IMG/VR virus record: IMGVR_UViG_3300027804_000119
Span: 1-37,934 of that record
Source: a virus
Taxonomy: Duplodnaviria; Caudoviricetes
Direction: 5' to 3' (one strand)
Length of the DNA: 37,934 nt
Within the stretch, counting starts at the first letter, position 1. Every line of letters starts with the position of its first letter. Of this stretch, positions 25,216-36,058 are shown piece after piece. Below the pieces are notes generated by a model that was not told the origin of the DNA, searched no databases, and saw only the letters and a list, made by a program, of their open reading frames with translations. A program made the translations under genes and the position numbers.

Positions 25216-27533
25216 GTGTAATTAACGCAACCCCATTACTCGCTGCCGCTGGTGGCGACTACCAGATCAGCCGTTCTGTGCGGCTGCGTTCTTCTGCGTC
25301 TGCTTATTTCAATCGGACTCCGGGTAGTGCTGGCAACCGCAAGACTTGGACTTGGAGTGGTTGGGTAAAGCGTGGGACATTAGGTGTTGTTAGCCGCTTA
25401 TTTGCTGCTGATGACGGTTCTGCATCAACCGATCAAGACTACAACACGCTACTGTTCAACTCGTCAAACCAATTACAGTTTAGCGGCAACTTGACAGATT
25501 TCAGAGTTACAACCGCTGTCTATCGTGACCCGTCTGCTTGGTATCACATTGTTTTTACAACAGACACCACCCAAGCAACAGCAGCAAACCGATTTAAGCT
25601 GTATGTAAACGGTTTAGAAGTCACGGCGTTTGGAACATCTAACAACCCATCGCAAAACACAGACCTTGCAGTCAACGCCTCTATTGGTCATTACATTGGT
25701 TCGATTGCTGGTGCATCTTATCTTGATGGCTATTTAACCGAGATCAACTTCATTGACGGTCAAGCACTGACACCCTCCAGCTTCGGTGAAACAGATGCCA
25801 TCACAGGCGTATGGAAGCCTAAGAAGTACGCTGGCACATACGGCACAAACGGCTTCTATCTGAACTTCTCAGACAACAGCAGCAACACAGCCACAACCAT
25901 CGGCAAGGACAACTCTGGCAACGGCAACAACTGGACACCGAACAACATCTCGGTGACTGCTGGTTCGACCTACGACAGCATGATTGATGTGCCTACGCTG
26001 TACGCTGATGGCGGGAATGGGCGGGGGAATTACTGCACACTGAATCCGCTTGGTTACAAGCCATCGGCGACAACTATTACTCAAGCCAATCTGCGTGTAA
26101 CTACAAACACAAGCTCTGCATTTGGAGCAGTTGGAAGCATCGCAGTTGATTCAGGAAAGTGGTATTGGGAGGCCACGTTTGCTGGCGGTCAATACATGGT
26201 TGTTGGCATTAGTTCGGCAACAACACCGATTACTACTGACACACTTGTCGGCGGCACTGCAACGTCTTATGGCTACTACAGCGGAAACGGGCAGAAGGTA
26301 AACAACAATTCTGGCGTGTCCTACGGGGCAACGTACACGACCAACGATGTGATTGGCGTGGCGCTTGATCTTGATGCTGGAACGCTGACGTTCTACAAGA
26401 ACGGAACAACTCAAGGCACAGCTTTTACTAGCCTGTCTGGGTTGTTTACGCCAGCCTTCAGTGATGTTGATACTCCAAGTGGCGCTTGCGACATTGCAGT
26501 CAACTTCGGCCAACGCCCCTTCGCCTATACCCCACCAACAGGCTTCAAGGCTCTGAACACTCAGAACTTGCCAGCACCTACTATCCTGAAGGGGAATCAG
26601 TATTTTGATGTGTCTCTGTGGACTGGTAACAGCTCAACACAAAGCATCACCAACAGCGGTTCAATGCAACCTGATTTTGTGTGGATCAAGAAGCGCAATG
26701 CTTCTGACGATCACGGAGTTTTTGATGCTGTTCGCGGTGTTCAGAAGCGGTTACAGACAAACTTAACCAACGCAGAGAACACAGAAACAACGGCGCTGTC
26801 TAGCTTTGATTCTGGTGGCTTCACCTTGGGCAGTAACGGTCAGTTCAACGGCTCAACCTTTACATATGCTGGCTGGCAATGGAAAGAAAGCGCCTCTGCT
26901 GGCTTTGACATTGTGACTTATACGGGGACGGGTTCTGCACAGACCATTAGTCATTCTCTTGGCGTTGCTCCAAAAATGATAATTGCCAAGAACCGTGGAG
27001 GCACATCAAGCTGGGCTGTGTACCATGCAAGTATTGGCGCTGGAAACGCAATGTATTTGAACTTAACACAGGCTTCTGCTGTGACAACCAATTGGAATAG
27101 CACAGCACCAACTTCTTCTGTGTTTTCTGTTGGCACTGCTGGTGAGGCTAATCCATCTGGCGGCAACCTTGTCGCCTACCTATTCGCTGAAGTCGCAGGC
27201 TTCTCGAAATTCGGTAGCTACACAGGCAACGGGTCTGCTGACGGGCCTTTTGTGTTCACGGGCTTCCGTCCTCGCTATGTGATGATTAAGCGCACCGATA
27301 GCACAGGCGACTGGTTTGTCTTTGATACAGCTCGTAATACGTTCAACACAATGTCGAGCTTCTTGCGGCCAAACTGGTCTGATGCTGAAGCGACAAACAC
27401 AAACCATAGCATTGACTTGCTGTCCAACGGATTTAAGTCACGGGCTGTTGACACTGGTGTTAACGCATCTGGAGGCACATTTATTTATGCCGCTTTCAGT
27501 GAGCATCCATTTAAAAACTCTCTCGCACGATAA
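25212..27533 (+). CDS. Receptor-binding/tail protein with LamG/ConA-like and SPRY-like domains
   Basis: TWSGWVKR, RDPSAWYHIV, KLYVNG; SGKWYWE...IGVALDLDAGTLTFYKNG...NFGQ; S/T/G/N-rich. Confidence 0.8.
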   Translation: MSVINATPLLAAAGGDYQISRSVRLRSSASAYFNRTPGSAGNRKTWTWSGWVKRGTLGVVSRLFAADDGSASTDQDYNTLLFNSSNQLQFSGNLTDFRVTTAVYRDPSAWYHIVFTTDTTQATAANRFKLYVNGLEVTAFGTSNNPSQNTDLAVNASIGHYIGSIAGASYLDGYLTEINFIDGQALTPSSFGETDAITGVWKPKKYAGTYGTNGFYLNFSDNSSNTATTIGKDNSGNGNNWTPNNISVTAGSTYDSMIDVPTLYADGGNGRGNYCTLNPLGYKPSATTITQANLRVTTNTSSAFGAVGSIAVDSGKWYWEATFAGGQYMVVGISSATTPITTDTLVGGTATSYGYYSGNGQKVNNNSGVSYGATYTTNDVIGVALDLDAGTLTFYKNGTTQGTAFTSLSGLFTPAFSDVDTPSGACDIAVNFGQRPFAYTPPTGFKALNTQNLPAPTILKGNQYFDVSLWTGNSSTQSITNSGSMQPDFVWIKKRNASDDHGVFDAVRGVQKRLQTNLTNAENTETTALSSFDSGGFTLGSNGQFNGSTFTYAGWQWKESASAGFDIVTYTGTGSAQTISHSLGVAPKMIIAKNRGGTSSWAVYHASIGAGNAMYLNLTQASAVTTNWNSTAPTSSVFSVGTAGEANPSGGNLVAYLFAEVAGFSKFGSYTGNGSADGPFVFTGFRPRYVMIKRTDSTGDWFVFDTARNTFNTMSSFLRPNWSDAEATNTNHSIDLLSNGFKSRAVDTGVNASGGTFIYAAFSEHPFKNSLAR

Positions 27534-27542
27534 GGAACAACC

Positions 27543-28088
27543 ATGTTTTTACTGAATGACAAACCACTTGCAATTGACACTGCTTTCACCCATAACGGTG
27601 TGCAGTATCCCTCCAACTGGTTGCGCCTTACAACGCTTGCAGAGAAGATCGCCATTGGCATCACTGAAGTTGCAGACCCTGCTGCTTACGATGATCGTTT
27701 TTGGTGGGGCGTAGGCAATCCCAAGCAACTGGAAGACCGTGAAGAAGTTGACCAAGACGGCAACCCAATGTTCGTGATGGAACTTGGTGAAGTTGACGGT
27801 CAACCAGCAATGGTTCCAACAACCAAGCGTCTGGTTTCCAAAGGCTTGAAGTCGCAGATGATCGCCCAAGTCAAGGCCACTGCTGGCTCATTGCTGGCGG
27901 CTACTGACTGGAAGATTGTTCGTGCTTCTGAAGGCATCAAGCCTGTGGACGCTGACACCTTGGCGGCTCGTTCTGCCATTCGTGTGGCATCTGACGCAAA
28001 TGAAGCGGCAATCACAGCTTGCACTTCGGTTGAGGAATTAGCTATTTTACAAATTACATGGCCTAAAGGAGATAACAATGCCGCTTAA
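27543..28088 (+). CDS. Probable tail fibre assembly/chaperone protein
   Basis: YPSNWL and LLAATDW motifs, ITWP end; follows the RBP gene. Confidence 0.6.
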   Translation: MFLLNDKPLAIDTAFTHNGVQYPSNWLRLTTLAEKIAIGITEVADPAAYDDRFWWGVGNPKQLEDREEVDQDGNPMFVMELGEVDGQPAMVPTTKRLVSKGLKSQMIAQVKATAGSLLAATDWKIVRASEGIKPVDADTLAARSAIRVASDANEAAITACTSVEELAILQITWPKGDNNAA

Positions 28089-28269
28089 AAAGGGTAAATC
28101 AGATAAGACAGTATCCGAGAACATCTCCATGATGGTCAAGGAAGGTAAACCTCAGAAGCAGGCAGTTGCGATTGCCCTCAGCGAGGCCAGCGGTAGCGAA
28201 GGGCGTAGTAAGCCTGAGCGTGGTGAGCGTACCAAGAAGAATAAAGATAAGAAGAAGAAGTCAAAATGA
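28078..28269 (+). CDS. Small basic protein
   Basis: MPLKKGKS...[11 protein letters not shown]; Lys-rich tail; AAAGGAG SD. Confidence 0.75.
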   Translation: MPLKKGKSDKTVSENISMMVKEGKPQKQAVAIALSEASGSEGRSKPERGERTKKNKDKKKKSK

Positions 28270-28601
28270 CACGCCCAGTATCGGTAGGTGTTAACCTCAC
28301 AGCAGCTACGGCTACAACGATCTACACAGTTCCTCTTGGCTACTTCGCTAAGTGGAACTTGATGTATATCTTTAATAACTCAGGATCTACCAAGAGCGTC
28401 ACAGCTTACTGGAGAGACTCTAGTGCATCTGCCGACATCTATGTCCATAATGGTACTATCGCTTCTAAGTCCTACGTTCGCATGGATGGAGGGGCTTATG
28501 TGGTACTTGAGGAGGGCGATACCGTGGTGATGCAGGACGAAGCTGGTAGCTCTTTCAGTACTATCTGCACCTTTGAATTGTTTAAGAAAGAAGGAATCTA
28601 A
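28266..28601 (+). CDS. Hypothetical structural protein
   Basis: 111 aa, beta-rich (TTIYTVP, VLEEGD). Confidence 0.7.
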   Translation: MTRPVSVGVNLTAATATTIYTVPLGYFAKWNLMYIFNNSGSTKSVTAYWRDSSASADIYVHNGTIASKSYVRMDGGAYVVLEEGDTVVMQDEAGSSFSTICTFELFKKEGI

Positions 28602-28604
28602 GTT

Positions 28605-29258
28605 ATGGCACTGCCAACATACCTTGAACTGGTCAATGACGTTCTGATTCGTATGCGCGAACCTGAAGTCAGTACAGTCAATGAAAATACTTTATCTAAG
28701 CTTGTGGGTAAGTTGGTTAATGATGCCAAACGACAAGTAGAAGATGCCTACGCATGGAATGCCTTGACAGATACCTTGATGATCGAGACATTGGCTGATA
28801 CCTACGGCTATGTGCTAACAGGTTCGGGTACTCGCTTCAAGGTCATTGATGCTCAAGACATCACCAACAAGTCTGTTATTAACCCCATCAGCACCAAGTT
28901 GATGTCTCAGTACTTACTGAACAACAGCAATACTGGTGGCCCGATGTACTACAACTTCAACGGTATCCACACCACTGGCGACACCAAGGTAGACTTCTAC
29001 CCTGTGCCTACAGCAGGTTTGACCTTGTACTTTAACCTGTACATTCCTCAAGCTGAGTTGACATCTGATGCTAACACTATGCTTGCCCCTAAAGAGCCTG
29101 TAGTCTTAGGAGCCTTTGCCCGTGCCTTGGTTGAGCGTGGTGAAGATGGTGGTTTGAATAGCTCTGAAGCCTATGGTCTGTACAAAGCTTCCTTGGCTGA
29201 CGCTATCGCTATTGAAAGTTCTCGCTATGTTGAGGAAGAGACTTGGGAGGCTGTGTAA
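28605..29258 (+). CDS. Head-tail adaptor / tail tubular protein A-like
   Basis: TYLELVNDVLIRMRE...VNDAKR..E...W, FYPVP; synteny. Confidence 0.75.
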   Translation: MALPTYLELVNDVLIRMREPEVSTVNENTLSKLVGKLVNDAKRQVEDAYAWNALTDTLMIETLADTYGYVLTGSGTRFKVIDAQDITNKSVINPISTKLMSQYLLNNSNTGGPMYYNFNGIHTTGDTKVDFYPVPTAGLTLYFNLYIPQAELTSDANTMLAPKEPVVLGAFARALVERGEDGGLNSSEAYGLYKASLADAIAIESSRYVEEETWEAV

Positions 29259-29261
29259 GCC

Positions 29262-30818
29262 ATGAGTCAACAACTCCAAACATTTAGCATTACAGCACCG
29301 GGCTTCTATGGCCTGAACACACAAGATAGCTCCTTGGACTTAGCCTCTGGCTTTGCCTTGACCGCTGTTAACTGTGTTATTGACCAGTATGGCCGTGTGG
29401 GTGCTCGTCAAGGATGGGTTACTAAGCACTCCAGCAACTCTGACTTAAGCACTGCTAACGTAGAAGCTATCGGTCAGTTGGTTACAGATGCAGGCTCTGA
29501 GTACACTATCGTAGCAGGTAACAACAAGATCTTTAAGCTGGTAGGTAGTACCTTAACCATGCTCACCTACGGAGGTGGTGGAACTGCCCCCACAATCTCC
29601 GGTAGTAACTGGCAGATGGCTGCTCTGAACGAGTGCTTGTATTTGTTCCAGTCTGGACATGATCCTCTGGTGTTCGACCCTGCTGTCAGTACTACAACCT
29701 ATCGCCGTGTGTCTGAGAAGTCAGGCTACACAGGTACAGTCCCGGCAGGTAACATTGTACTGTCTGCCTATGGACGCTTATGGGTTGCTGACTTAGCCAC
29801 TGAGAAGACAGTGATCTACTGGTCGGACATCCTGTCTGGTCACAAGTGGATTAACGGTTCTACAGGCTCTATTGACGTGTCTTCAGTGTGGCCTAACGGT
29901 GCTGATAACGTGACAGGCTTGGCCTCTCATAACGGCTTCTTGTTCATCTTCGGTAAGAACAATATCTTGGTGTACTCAGGTGCTCAGGATGTGCTCTCGG
30001 CAGGAGTGTTTAAGATCTCTGACTCCTTGACAGGTATCGGCTGTATCGCTAGAGACACCATCCAGAACACAGGATCAGATGTTATCTTCTTGTCCGACAC
30101 AGGTGTTCGTAGCGTCCTGCGTACCATCCAAGAGAAGTCAGCACCATTCCGTGACTTGTCTAAGAATGTACGTAATGACCTGATGAGTGCTGTGGCTGGT
30201 GAGACAGCATCTACCATCAAGTCTGTATACAGTCCTTTTGAGTCTTTCTACTTACTTACATTGCCTAGCCTTAAAGCCGTGTACTGCTTCGACATGAAAG
30301 CTACATTGCAGGATGGCTCAAGCAGGGTAACAGTCTGGGATAGCATGGAGCCTAGAAGCTTTTGCTACCTCCGAGACAAGAGCTTATTGATCGGTAAAGC
30401 AGGCTATGTAGGCCAGTATTCAGGGTATTTGGACAATGGTAACAGCTATCGCTTCCAGTACTTCACTAACCATACTGACTTAGGATCGCCTTCTGTAAGC
30501 TCTGTGTTGAAAAAACTCTCAGTGGTTGTGATCGGTGGTTCTAACCAATACGTCACAATTAAGTGGGGATATGACTTTAAAGAGAATTATTCTTCACAAA
30601 ACAGTAAAATTCCTACTCAAGGGGTTGCAGAATTCGGAATTTCCGAGTATAATACTAGTGGTGTAGAATATTCTGATGGTATTACCCTACAAACACTTGT
30701 TGCCTATCCTACAGGATCAGGTAAAGTTGTCCAGACTGGTTACGAGGCAAACATTAACGGTTCTGCTTTGAGCATCCAGAAGATTGAAATTCAGGCCAAG
30801 AACGGAAAGATCGTATAA
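29262..30818 (+). CDS. Tail nozzle / DNA stabilisation protein (P22 gp10 / tubular B-like)
   Basis: 518 aa beta-propeller-like (YGRLWV, IYWSD, GIGCIA, VIFLSDTGVRS); synteny. Confidence 0.75.
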   Translation: MSQQLQTFSITAPGFYGLNTQDSSLDLASGFALTAVNCVIDQYGRVGARQGWVTKHSSNSDLSTANVEAIGQLVTDAGSEYTIVAGNNKIFKLVGSTLTMLTYGGGGTAPTISGSNWQMAALNECLYLFQSGHDPLVFDPAVSTTTYRRVSEKSGYTGTVPAGNIVLSAYGRLWVADLATEKTVIYWSDILSGHKWINGSTGSIDVSSVWPNGADNVTGLASHNGFLFIFGKNNILVYSGAQDVLSAGVFKISDSLTGIGCIARDTIQNTGSDVIFLSDTGVRSVLRTIQEKSAPFRDLSKNVRNDLMSAVAGETASTIKSVYSPFESFYLLTLPSLKAVYCFDMKATLQDGSSRVTVWDSMEPRSFCYLRDKSLLIGKAGYVGQYSGYLDNGNSYRFQYFTNHTDLGSPSVSSVLKKLSVVVIGGSNQYVTIKWGYDFKENYSSQNSKIPTQGVAEFGISEYNTSGVEYSDGITLQTLVAYPTGSGKVVQTGYEANINGSALSIQKIEIQAKNGKIV

Positions 30819-30819
30819 C

Positions 30820-31512
30820 ATGACAGACTACGTAAAAAGCACTAACTTTGCGAGTAAAGACTCTTTGTCTTCAGGTAATCCTTCAAAGATTATCAAAGGC
30901 ACTGAGATTGACGCTGAGTTTAATAACATTGCCACAGCTATTGAAACCAAGGCTAACTTGGCTAGTCCTGCCTTAACAGGCACTCCGACAGCTCCCACAG
31001 CTTCTGGAGGGAACAACACCACTCAGGTCGCTACCACAGCTTTTGTGACTGCTGCTTTGCAAGCACTGTACCCTGTAGGCTCTATCTACATCAACGCAGG
31101 TGTAAGCACTAACCCCGGCACATTGCTTGGTTTCGGTACTTGGACAGCTTTTGGCGCAGGTAGAGTGATGGTGGGTCTGAACGGATCTGATACATCTTTT
31201 GATACCTTAGAAGAGACTGGCGGTAGTAAGGATGCTATTGCAGTAAGCCACACTCACACAGCCACATCGACTGTTACTGATTCAGGACACACACACGGCC
31301 CTTCGGCTGGGTTGTTTGTCTTGAGCAACGCAGGCGGTGGTGAATCAGCAGGTGGCGGCGGTTTCATTACCGCTGGTGTGAAAAGTTCAGCTACTGCCAG
31401 CGCAACCACAGGTATTTCTGTGGCTACTACAGTTGCCTCCGGGGGTTCCAGTGGAACTAACGCTAACCTCCAGCCGTACATCACAGTGGCTATGTGGAAA
31501 CGTACTGCTTAA
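30820..31512 (+). CDS. Short tail fibre/needle protein with T4 gp10 C-terminal-like domain
   Basis: SPALTGTPTAPT, LYPVGSIY, HTH, NLQPYITVAMWKRTA. Confidence 0.75.
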   Translation: MTDYVKSTNFASKDSLSSGNPSKIIKGTEIDAEFNNIATAIETKANLASPALTGTPTAPTASGGNNTTQVATTAFVTAALQALYPVGSIYINAGVSTNPGTLLGFGTWTAFGAGRVMVGLNGSDTSFDTLEETGGSKDAIAVSHTHTATSTVTDSGHTHGPSAGLFVLSNAGGGESAGGGGFITAGVKSSATASATTGISVATTVASGGSSGTNANLQPYITVAMWKRTA

Positions 31513-31550
31513 CAGACTAATATCTCTCTAGTTACAAAAGGAATAAATAT

Positions 31551-32576
31551 ATGGCTCTCTCCTCCCTTATTGGTGGTGGTTTAAGTCTGTTAGGTGGTTT
31601 GTTTGGTGGTAATTCAGCCCAGAAAGCAGCCCAGACACAAGCTAACGCCCAACTCGAAGCAGCACGTATCGCAGCAGATGCACAGAGATTCCGTCCAGTA
31701 GGTGTCACTACCCGCTTCGGTTCCTCTAACTTCCAGACTGATGCACAAGGCAACCTGATCGGTGCAGGCTACACAGTCTCTCCTGAAGTTGCAGCTATGC
31801 GTGATCGCTTGTTGTCTGAAGCAGGCATGGGCGGTATGCAGACAGCAGAGGAAGCTCAGGCAGCACAACAGCAACTGTTTAACTTAGGTCAGCAGTACTT
31901 GGCTGAGTCCCCTGAGCAAGCAGCGCAGCAGTACATGGCACAGCAGCAAGCACTCTTGCAGCCTGCCCGTGAACGTGCTCAAGCAGGTTTAACTCAGAAC
32001 CTGTTCAACACAGGCCGTGGTGGTGTTGCAGTCTCCCAAGGCGGTATGATGGGCGCAGCTAACCCTGAACAACAGGCTTTGTTGAACGCTCAGGCATTGC
32101 AGGACTTGACACTGGCTTCTCAGGCTCAAGAGCAAGGCAGAGCAGCCACTACCTTCGGCGCAGGTTTGTTCGGTACTGGCTTAGACTTGGCTTCTGCTGG
32201 TTATAACCCTCTGAAGACTCAGTTCGGCTTGGCTCAGAGCCTTGAAGGTGCTGGTCAGGGTGCTCTGGACTTAGGTGCTCAGTTGGGTGGGCGTGCTGCC
32301 TCAGCAGGCGCTAACGTGGGTAATACCTTGATGACAGGCTCTACCAATGCTGCTAACGCTATGGCTGCTGCTAACTCTTATAGCCCATTTGGTGCATTGC
32401 TCTCCGGTGCAGGCAGCAACAAAGCTTTAATGTCAGGATTAAGTAATTACTTTAGTCCTTACGGAGGCACAACTCAAGGGGCTTACGGTCAGCAGGATCA
32501 ATACTTAGCAGGTGCTCTGGCTAATCCACAGACACAACAAGCTCGTATGTTAGCCGAGCAGAATTCTTGGTTCTAA
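31551..32576 (+). CDS. Probable internal virion / DNA ejection protein 1
   Basis: G/A/Q-rich with hydrophobic Gly-rich N-terminus; position after tail genes. Confidence 0.65.
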   Translation: MALSSLIGGGLSLLGGLFGGNSAQKAAQTQANAQLEAARIAADAQRFRPVGVTTRFGSSNFQTDAQGNLIGAGYTVSPEVAAMRDRLLSEAGMGGMQTAEEAQAAQQQLFNLGQQYLAESPEQAAQQYMAQQQALLQPARERAQAGLTQNLFNTGRGGVAVSQGGMMGAANPEQQALLNAQALQDLTLASQAQEQGRAATTFGAGLFGTGLDLASAGYNPLKTQFGLAQSLEGAGQGALDLGAQLGGRAASAGANVGNTLMTGSTNAANAMAAANSYSPFGALLSGAGSNKALMSGLSNYFSPYGGTTQGAYGQQDQYLAGALANPQTQQARMLAEQNSWF

Positions 32577-32588
32577 TAAGGAATAACA

Positions 32589-33923
32589 ATGGCTGAAGTA
32601 GTTAATAGTTTATTTGGGATCACTCCAGAATCCCTTCAGGCACAGCGCGATGCAGCCTTGCAGACTCAAGCGTTGCAGTATGCTCAGTTAGATCCTTTCC
32701 AACGTGCTACCGCTAGTATCTATGCAGGTGCTAACAAGCTCGGTGGTGCTATCGGTGGTATGTTGGGTGCTCAAGATCCTGAGTTGGCTCGTGTTACTCA
32801 ACGCCAGTCTTTGATGCAGCAAGTGGCTCCTACCAATGCAGAAGGCTGGGGCAAGTTAGCTTCTGAGTTGGTGCAGAAAGGCGATGTGCAAGGTGCTCAA
32901 GAAGCATTTGCTAAATCCCAAGCATTGAAGAAAGCTGCTATGGATGCTGAGAAAGCTCAGTCCGAGATTGAAAAGAATAAAGCTGAAGCAGCTAAAGCTT
33001 TGCGTATTCCTGCTCCAACAGATGTGCGTACTCCTGAAGAGAAGAATGCTGCTGCTTACGCCTTAACCAAAGGAACAGTAAACTCACCTGAATACAAATC
33101 AGCTTTTGCTGATAAGCTTGTAGAGCTGATCACTAAAGACGGTGCAAAGCCTACTAAGGTTGGTGTGGCACTAGATGGCACTCAACGTCCTGTGTACAGC
33201 GATGGTCAAACTCAGTTTGTGTTTGGTAAAGACAAAGACAACAATGTTGTCAAACAGCCTTATGTTGGTGGTATCAGTCAGTTGACTTCTAAGACAGACG
33301 TTAATGTGCCTTTAGGAGACGTATTCGATAAAGCTTGGAATAAGAGCGCAGCAGATGAGCAGGGTAAAGAGTGGAACGAGGCAGGTAAGGCATTTGCTAC
33401 TATTCCAGCAATGACTAAAAAGTTAGCTGATGTACGCACTTTAATTGATTCTTCATTTGCAGGTACAGGAGCAAGCACAAAAATGGGGGCTGCTAAACTT
33501 GCCCGTGGTTTAGGGTTGCCAATTGATGTTGATCGCGCTTCTAATACAGAAGTTGTGGAAGCGTTGACTACGCAATTTGCCATTGCTGAGTTGAAGAAAA
33601 ACTTTGGTAGTAACCCTGCGGTCAAAGATTTTGAAGCTCAGTTAAAGATTAAACCGGGTATTTTACAAGAACCTGAGACGTTTAAACGATTAGTGGATGA
33701 TTTAGAGAAAGGCTTACAGGCTGAAGCAATTGCTTATCGAAAAGGCGAAGAATATAGAAAAGCAAATAAAGGATCTATCTCTGGGTTTAATCCCTACATT
33801 GCTCGAGCAGAAGCAACTACCAAACTTAATCGTTTAAATGCGTTAGGTAAAAAACTGAAAGAGAACACTATTTCCGCTACTGAACGGGAAGAAGCTAAAA
33901 AACTACAAGAGGAATTACGATAA
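32589..33923 (+). CDS. Probable internal virion / DNA ejection protein 2
   Basis: 444 aa, helical; synteny. Confidence 0.6.
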   Translation: MAEVVNSLFGITPESLQAQRDAALQTQALQYAQLDPFQRATASIYAGANKLGGAIGGMLGAQDPELARVTQRQSLMQQVAPTNAEGWGKLASELVQKGDVQGAQEAFAKSQALKKAAMDAEKAQSEIEKNKAEAAKALRIPAPTDVRTPEEKNAAAYALTKGTVNSPEYKSAFADKLVELITKDGAKPTKVGVALDGTQRPVYSDGQTQFVFGKDKDNNVVKQPYVGGISQLTSKTDVNVPLGDVFDKAWNKSAADEQGKEWNEAGKAFATIPAMTKKLADVRTLIDSSFAGTGASTKMGAAKLARGLGLPIDVDRASNTEVVEALTTQFAIAELKKNFGSNPAVKDFEAQLKIKPGILQEPETFKRLVDDLEKGLQAEAIAYRKGEEYRKANKGSISGFNPYIARAEATTKLNRLNALGKKLKENTISATEREEAKKLQEELR

Positions 33924-36058
33924 TGGATGCACTGCAACTTGATTTTTCCAAGAGTCCCGGAGCGGAACTTCGTCAAGGCCCAACAAGGGAAGAAGAAGTT
34001 GCTCGTGCTCGGCAGCTTGAAGGAACTAGAGGAGCGATTGGAGGTATTCTGGCTGCTCCTATTCAAGCCGCTCTTCCTACTTCATTGCCTGAGTTAGGTG
34101 GATTACTTGGAGGATTAGCTCCCGCTTTATTCGCTGAGTCTCGCGTAATGGCTCCTGTTATGGGCATGGCAGCAAAGGCTCCTGCTTTTGCCCGTCCTTA
34201 TATCCCTTCATTAGTCGGCTCCACAGCAGGAACAATTACAGGAACTGTTGGAGAGCAAGCTCTTACAGGGAGGGATGTATTTAGTTCTGAAACAGCTCAG
34301 AAAGCTTTAGAAAATAGCATTGAGAACGCTTTCTATGATCTTGGGGGTAACTTAGTTTTTCAAACAGGAGGTAAAGCCTACAAGATTGCTAAAGAGAAAT
34401 TATCAAAAGGGCCGGGATTTTTCGATACTCCAGAAGGATTAAAACGGCAAGCCGCTCAAGAATGGCTTTCAAACCGAGGAGCTACTCTTACTAAAGGCGA
34501 GTTAACAGGAGATGTAGCTACGCAAGGTGTTGAAGGAGCATTAAAAATGTCTCCTGTAACAGCTAACGTATTTGCAAAAAATGAAGCAGCTAAGAGACAA
34601 GCACTTGAAAAAGGCACTGCGGATGTCATGGAAAGTCTGGACACATCTGATGCTTTTAAACAAGCTTTAAAAATAGATGTCCCTGCTAATCAAGCCACTA
34701 CTCAGTCCATTGTTGGTTCTCGCTTTCAAAATGCTGTAGACACAGCGTTGAAAACAATGAAAGACAAATACCGCCCTGTCTACCAGAGGATGGATATTGA
34801 AGGGGATGGATTACGTGTAGACATCGCTCCGTATAAAGCTGAAGCTCAAGCGGAATTAAGCAAAATACAGAAAAAGTATCCTAAAGGTAATTATCCAGAT
34901 GCAGTCAAACAACAAGTTGATGTTCTGAACCAAATTAATGCTTTGGATGATGTCATACCAATGAGCGCGGCGCATGAAATTAGAAGTGATTTCTTAGCTA
35001 GTGCTCGAGGTATGCAACAAGAAGGAAAAGCAACAACTGCTTCAGAAACTTGGTATAATAAAGCAGCAGCAGGATTGCGTAATCGTATGGACGAAGTGGC
35101 AGTAGTCACTTTTGGAAACGAAGAAGAGAAAGCGCTTGCTCGTAGTTTAGGATTAAAAGGTGGTATTGATCAACCTGCTGGTCTACGTTCAGGACAGTAT
35201 TTAAGTAATGCTGATTCTATTGACGCGATGAACTTAGGAACTACTGTTGCAAATAAAACAAATAACCCATTATTAAGGGATTACTTTAATGCACAGCAAG
35301 GATACAAAGATGCAATGGAAGGTCTACAAGATGCTACAATTCGTAGTGCTTTAAAAGCAGAACCTCAAGCTGTAGGTAAATTTTTGTTTAATCCTGAAAC
35401 TCCTGATCGCCTTGTTAAAGTACGCGCCGCTCTTCGACAAGCTCAGAAATATTTACCCCCTGAACAAAGTAAGGGCCTTATGGCTGAGTTGCAATACGGC
35501 TATTTGGATGAGATGTTCGGCTCTCCTGAAGGACTTAGGACGTTTGCTACAAAAATGCAAGATAAAACTTTCAGAGAAGGTTTTAATGTTGTGTTTAACG
35601 GAAACAAGCAGCTTCAAGAAGTTGCCAACGCTGCTCAGTTTGCTTTAGAAAAAGAAATTGGAGGAGGAGGTTTAAAAACTCAAGCAATCTCAGGAGCTAT
35701 GCAAGTGGGCGGCTTAGGCTTGGCTTATTTTGTACTACCTGATAGTATTAAAGATAAACTTGATCCTGCACAATTGGCGCTCAGTGGAGCTACGTTAATC
35801 TTAACTCCTCGGCTTATTGCTAATGCTTTAACAAATAAGAATGCTATGAATGGATTGGCCTTATTAGCAAAGGCTCAAAATAATCCTAAGTACGGAGGAG
35901 CAGTGGCTGCTAAAGGCATACAGATGCTTCAGAATAGCGGAGTAATTAATTCTGAGTATTTGAATGAATTAAATACATTTATTCATGGAAAACCATCAGC
36001 AGTGCAGAACACTCAGGAAGCTCCTGTTAACGTATTAGAAATGGATTTTACACAATGA
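33923..36058 (+). CDS. Probable internal virion / DNA ejection protein 3
   Basis: 711 aa, helical, with Gly/Ala hydrophobic segments near both ends; AT-rich codons. Confidence 0.6.
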   Translation: MDALQLDFSKSPGAELRQGPTREEEVARARQLEGTRGAIGGILAAPIQAALPTSLPELGGLLGGLAPALFAESRVMAPVMGMAAKAPAFARPYIPSLVGSTAGTITGTVGEQALTGRDVFSSETAQKALENSIENAFYDLGGNLVFQTGGKAYKIAKEKLSKGPGFFDTPEGLKRQAAQEWLSNRGATLTKGELTGDVATQGVEGALKMSPVTANVFAKNEAAKRQALEKGTADVMESLDTSDAFKQALKIDVPANQATTQSIVGSRFQNAVDTALKTMKDKYRPVYQRMDIEGDGLRVDIAPYKAEAQAELSKIQKKYPKGNYPDAVKQQVDVLNQINALDDVIPMSAAHEIRSDFLASARGMQQEGKATTASETWYNKAAAGLRNRMDEVAVVTFGNEEEKALARSLGLKGGIDQPAGLRSGQYLSNADSIDAMNLGTTVANKTNNPLLRDYFNAQQGYKDAMEGLQDATIRSALKAEPQAVGKFLFNPETPDRLVKVRAALRQAQKYLPPEQSKGLMAELQYGYLDEMFGSPEGLRTFATKMQDKTFREGFNVVFNGNKQLQEVANAAQFALEKEIGGGGLKTQAISGAMQVGGLGLAYFVLPDSIKDKLDPAQLALSGATLILTPRLIANALTNKNAMNGLALLAKAQNNPKYGGAVAAKGIQMLQNSGVINSEYLNELNTFIHGKPSAVQNTQEAPVNVLEMDFTQ

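Noticed and set aside
25212-27533. Diversity-generating retroelement target
   Set aside because: No reverse transcriptase and no template/variable repeat pair seen.
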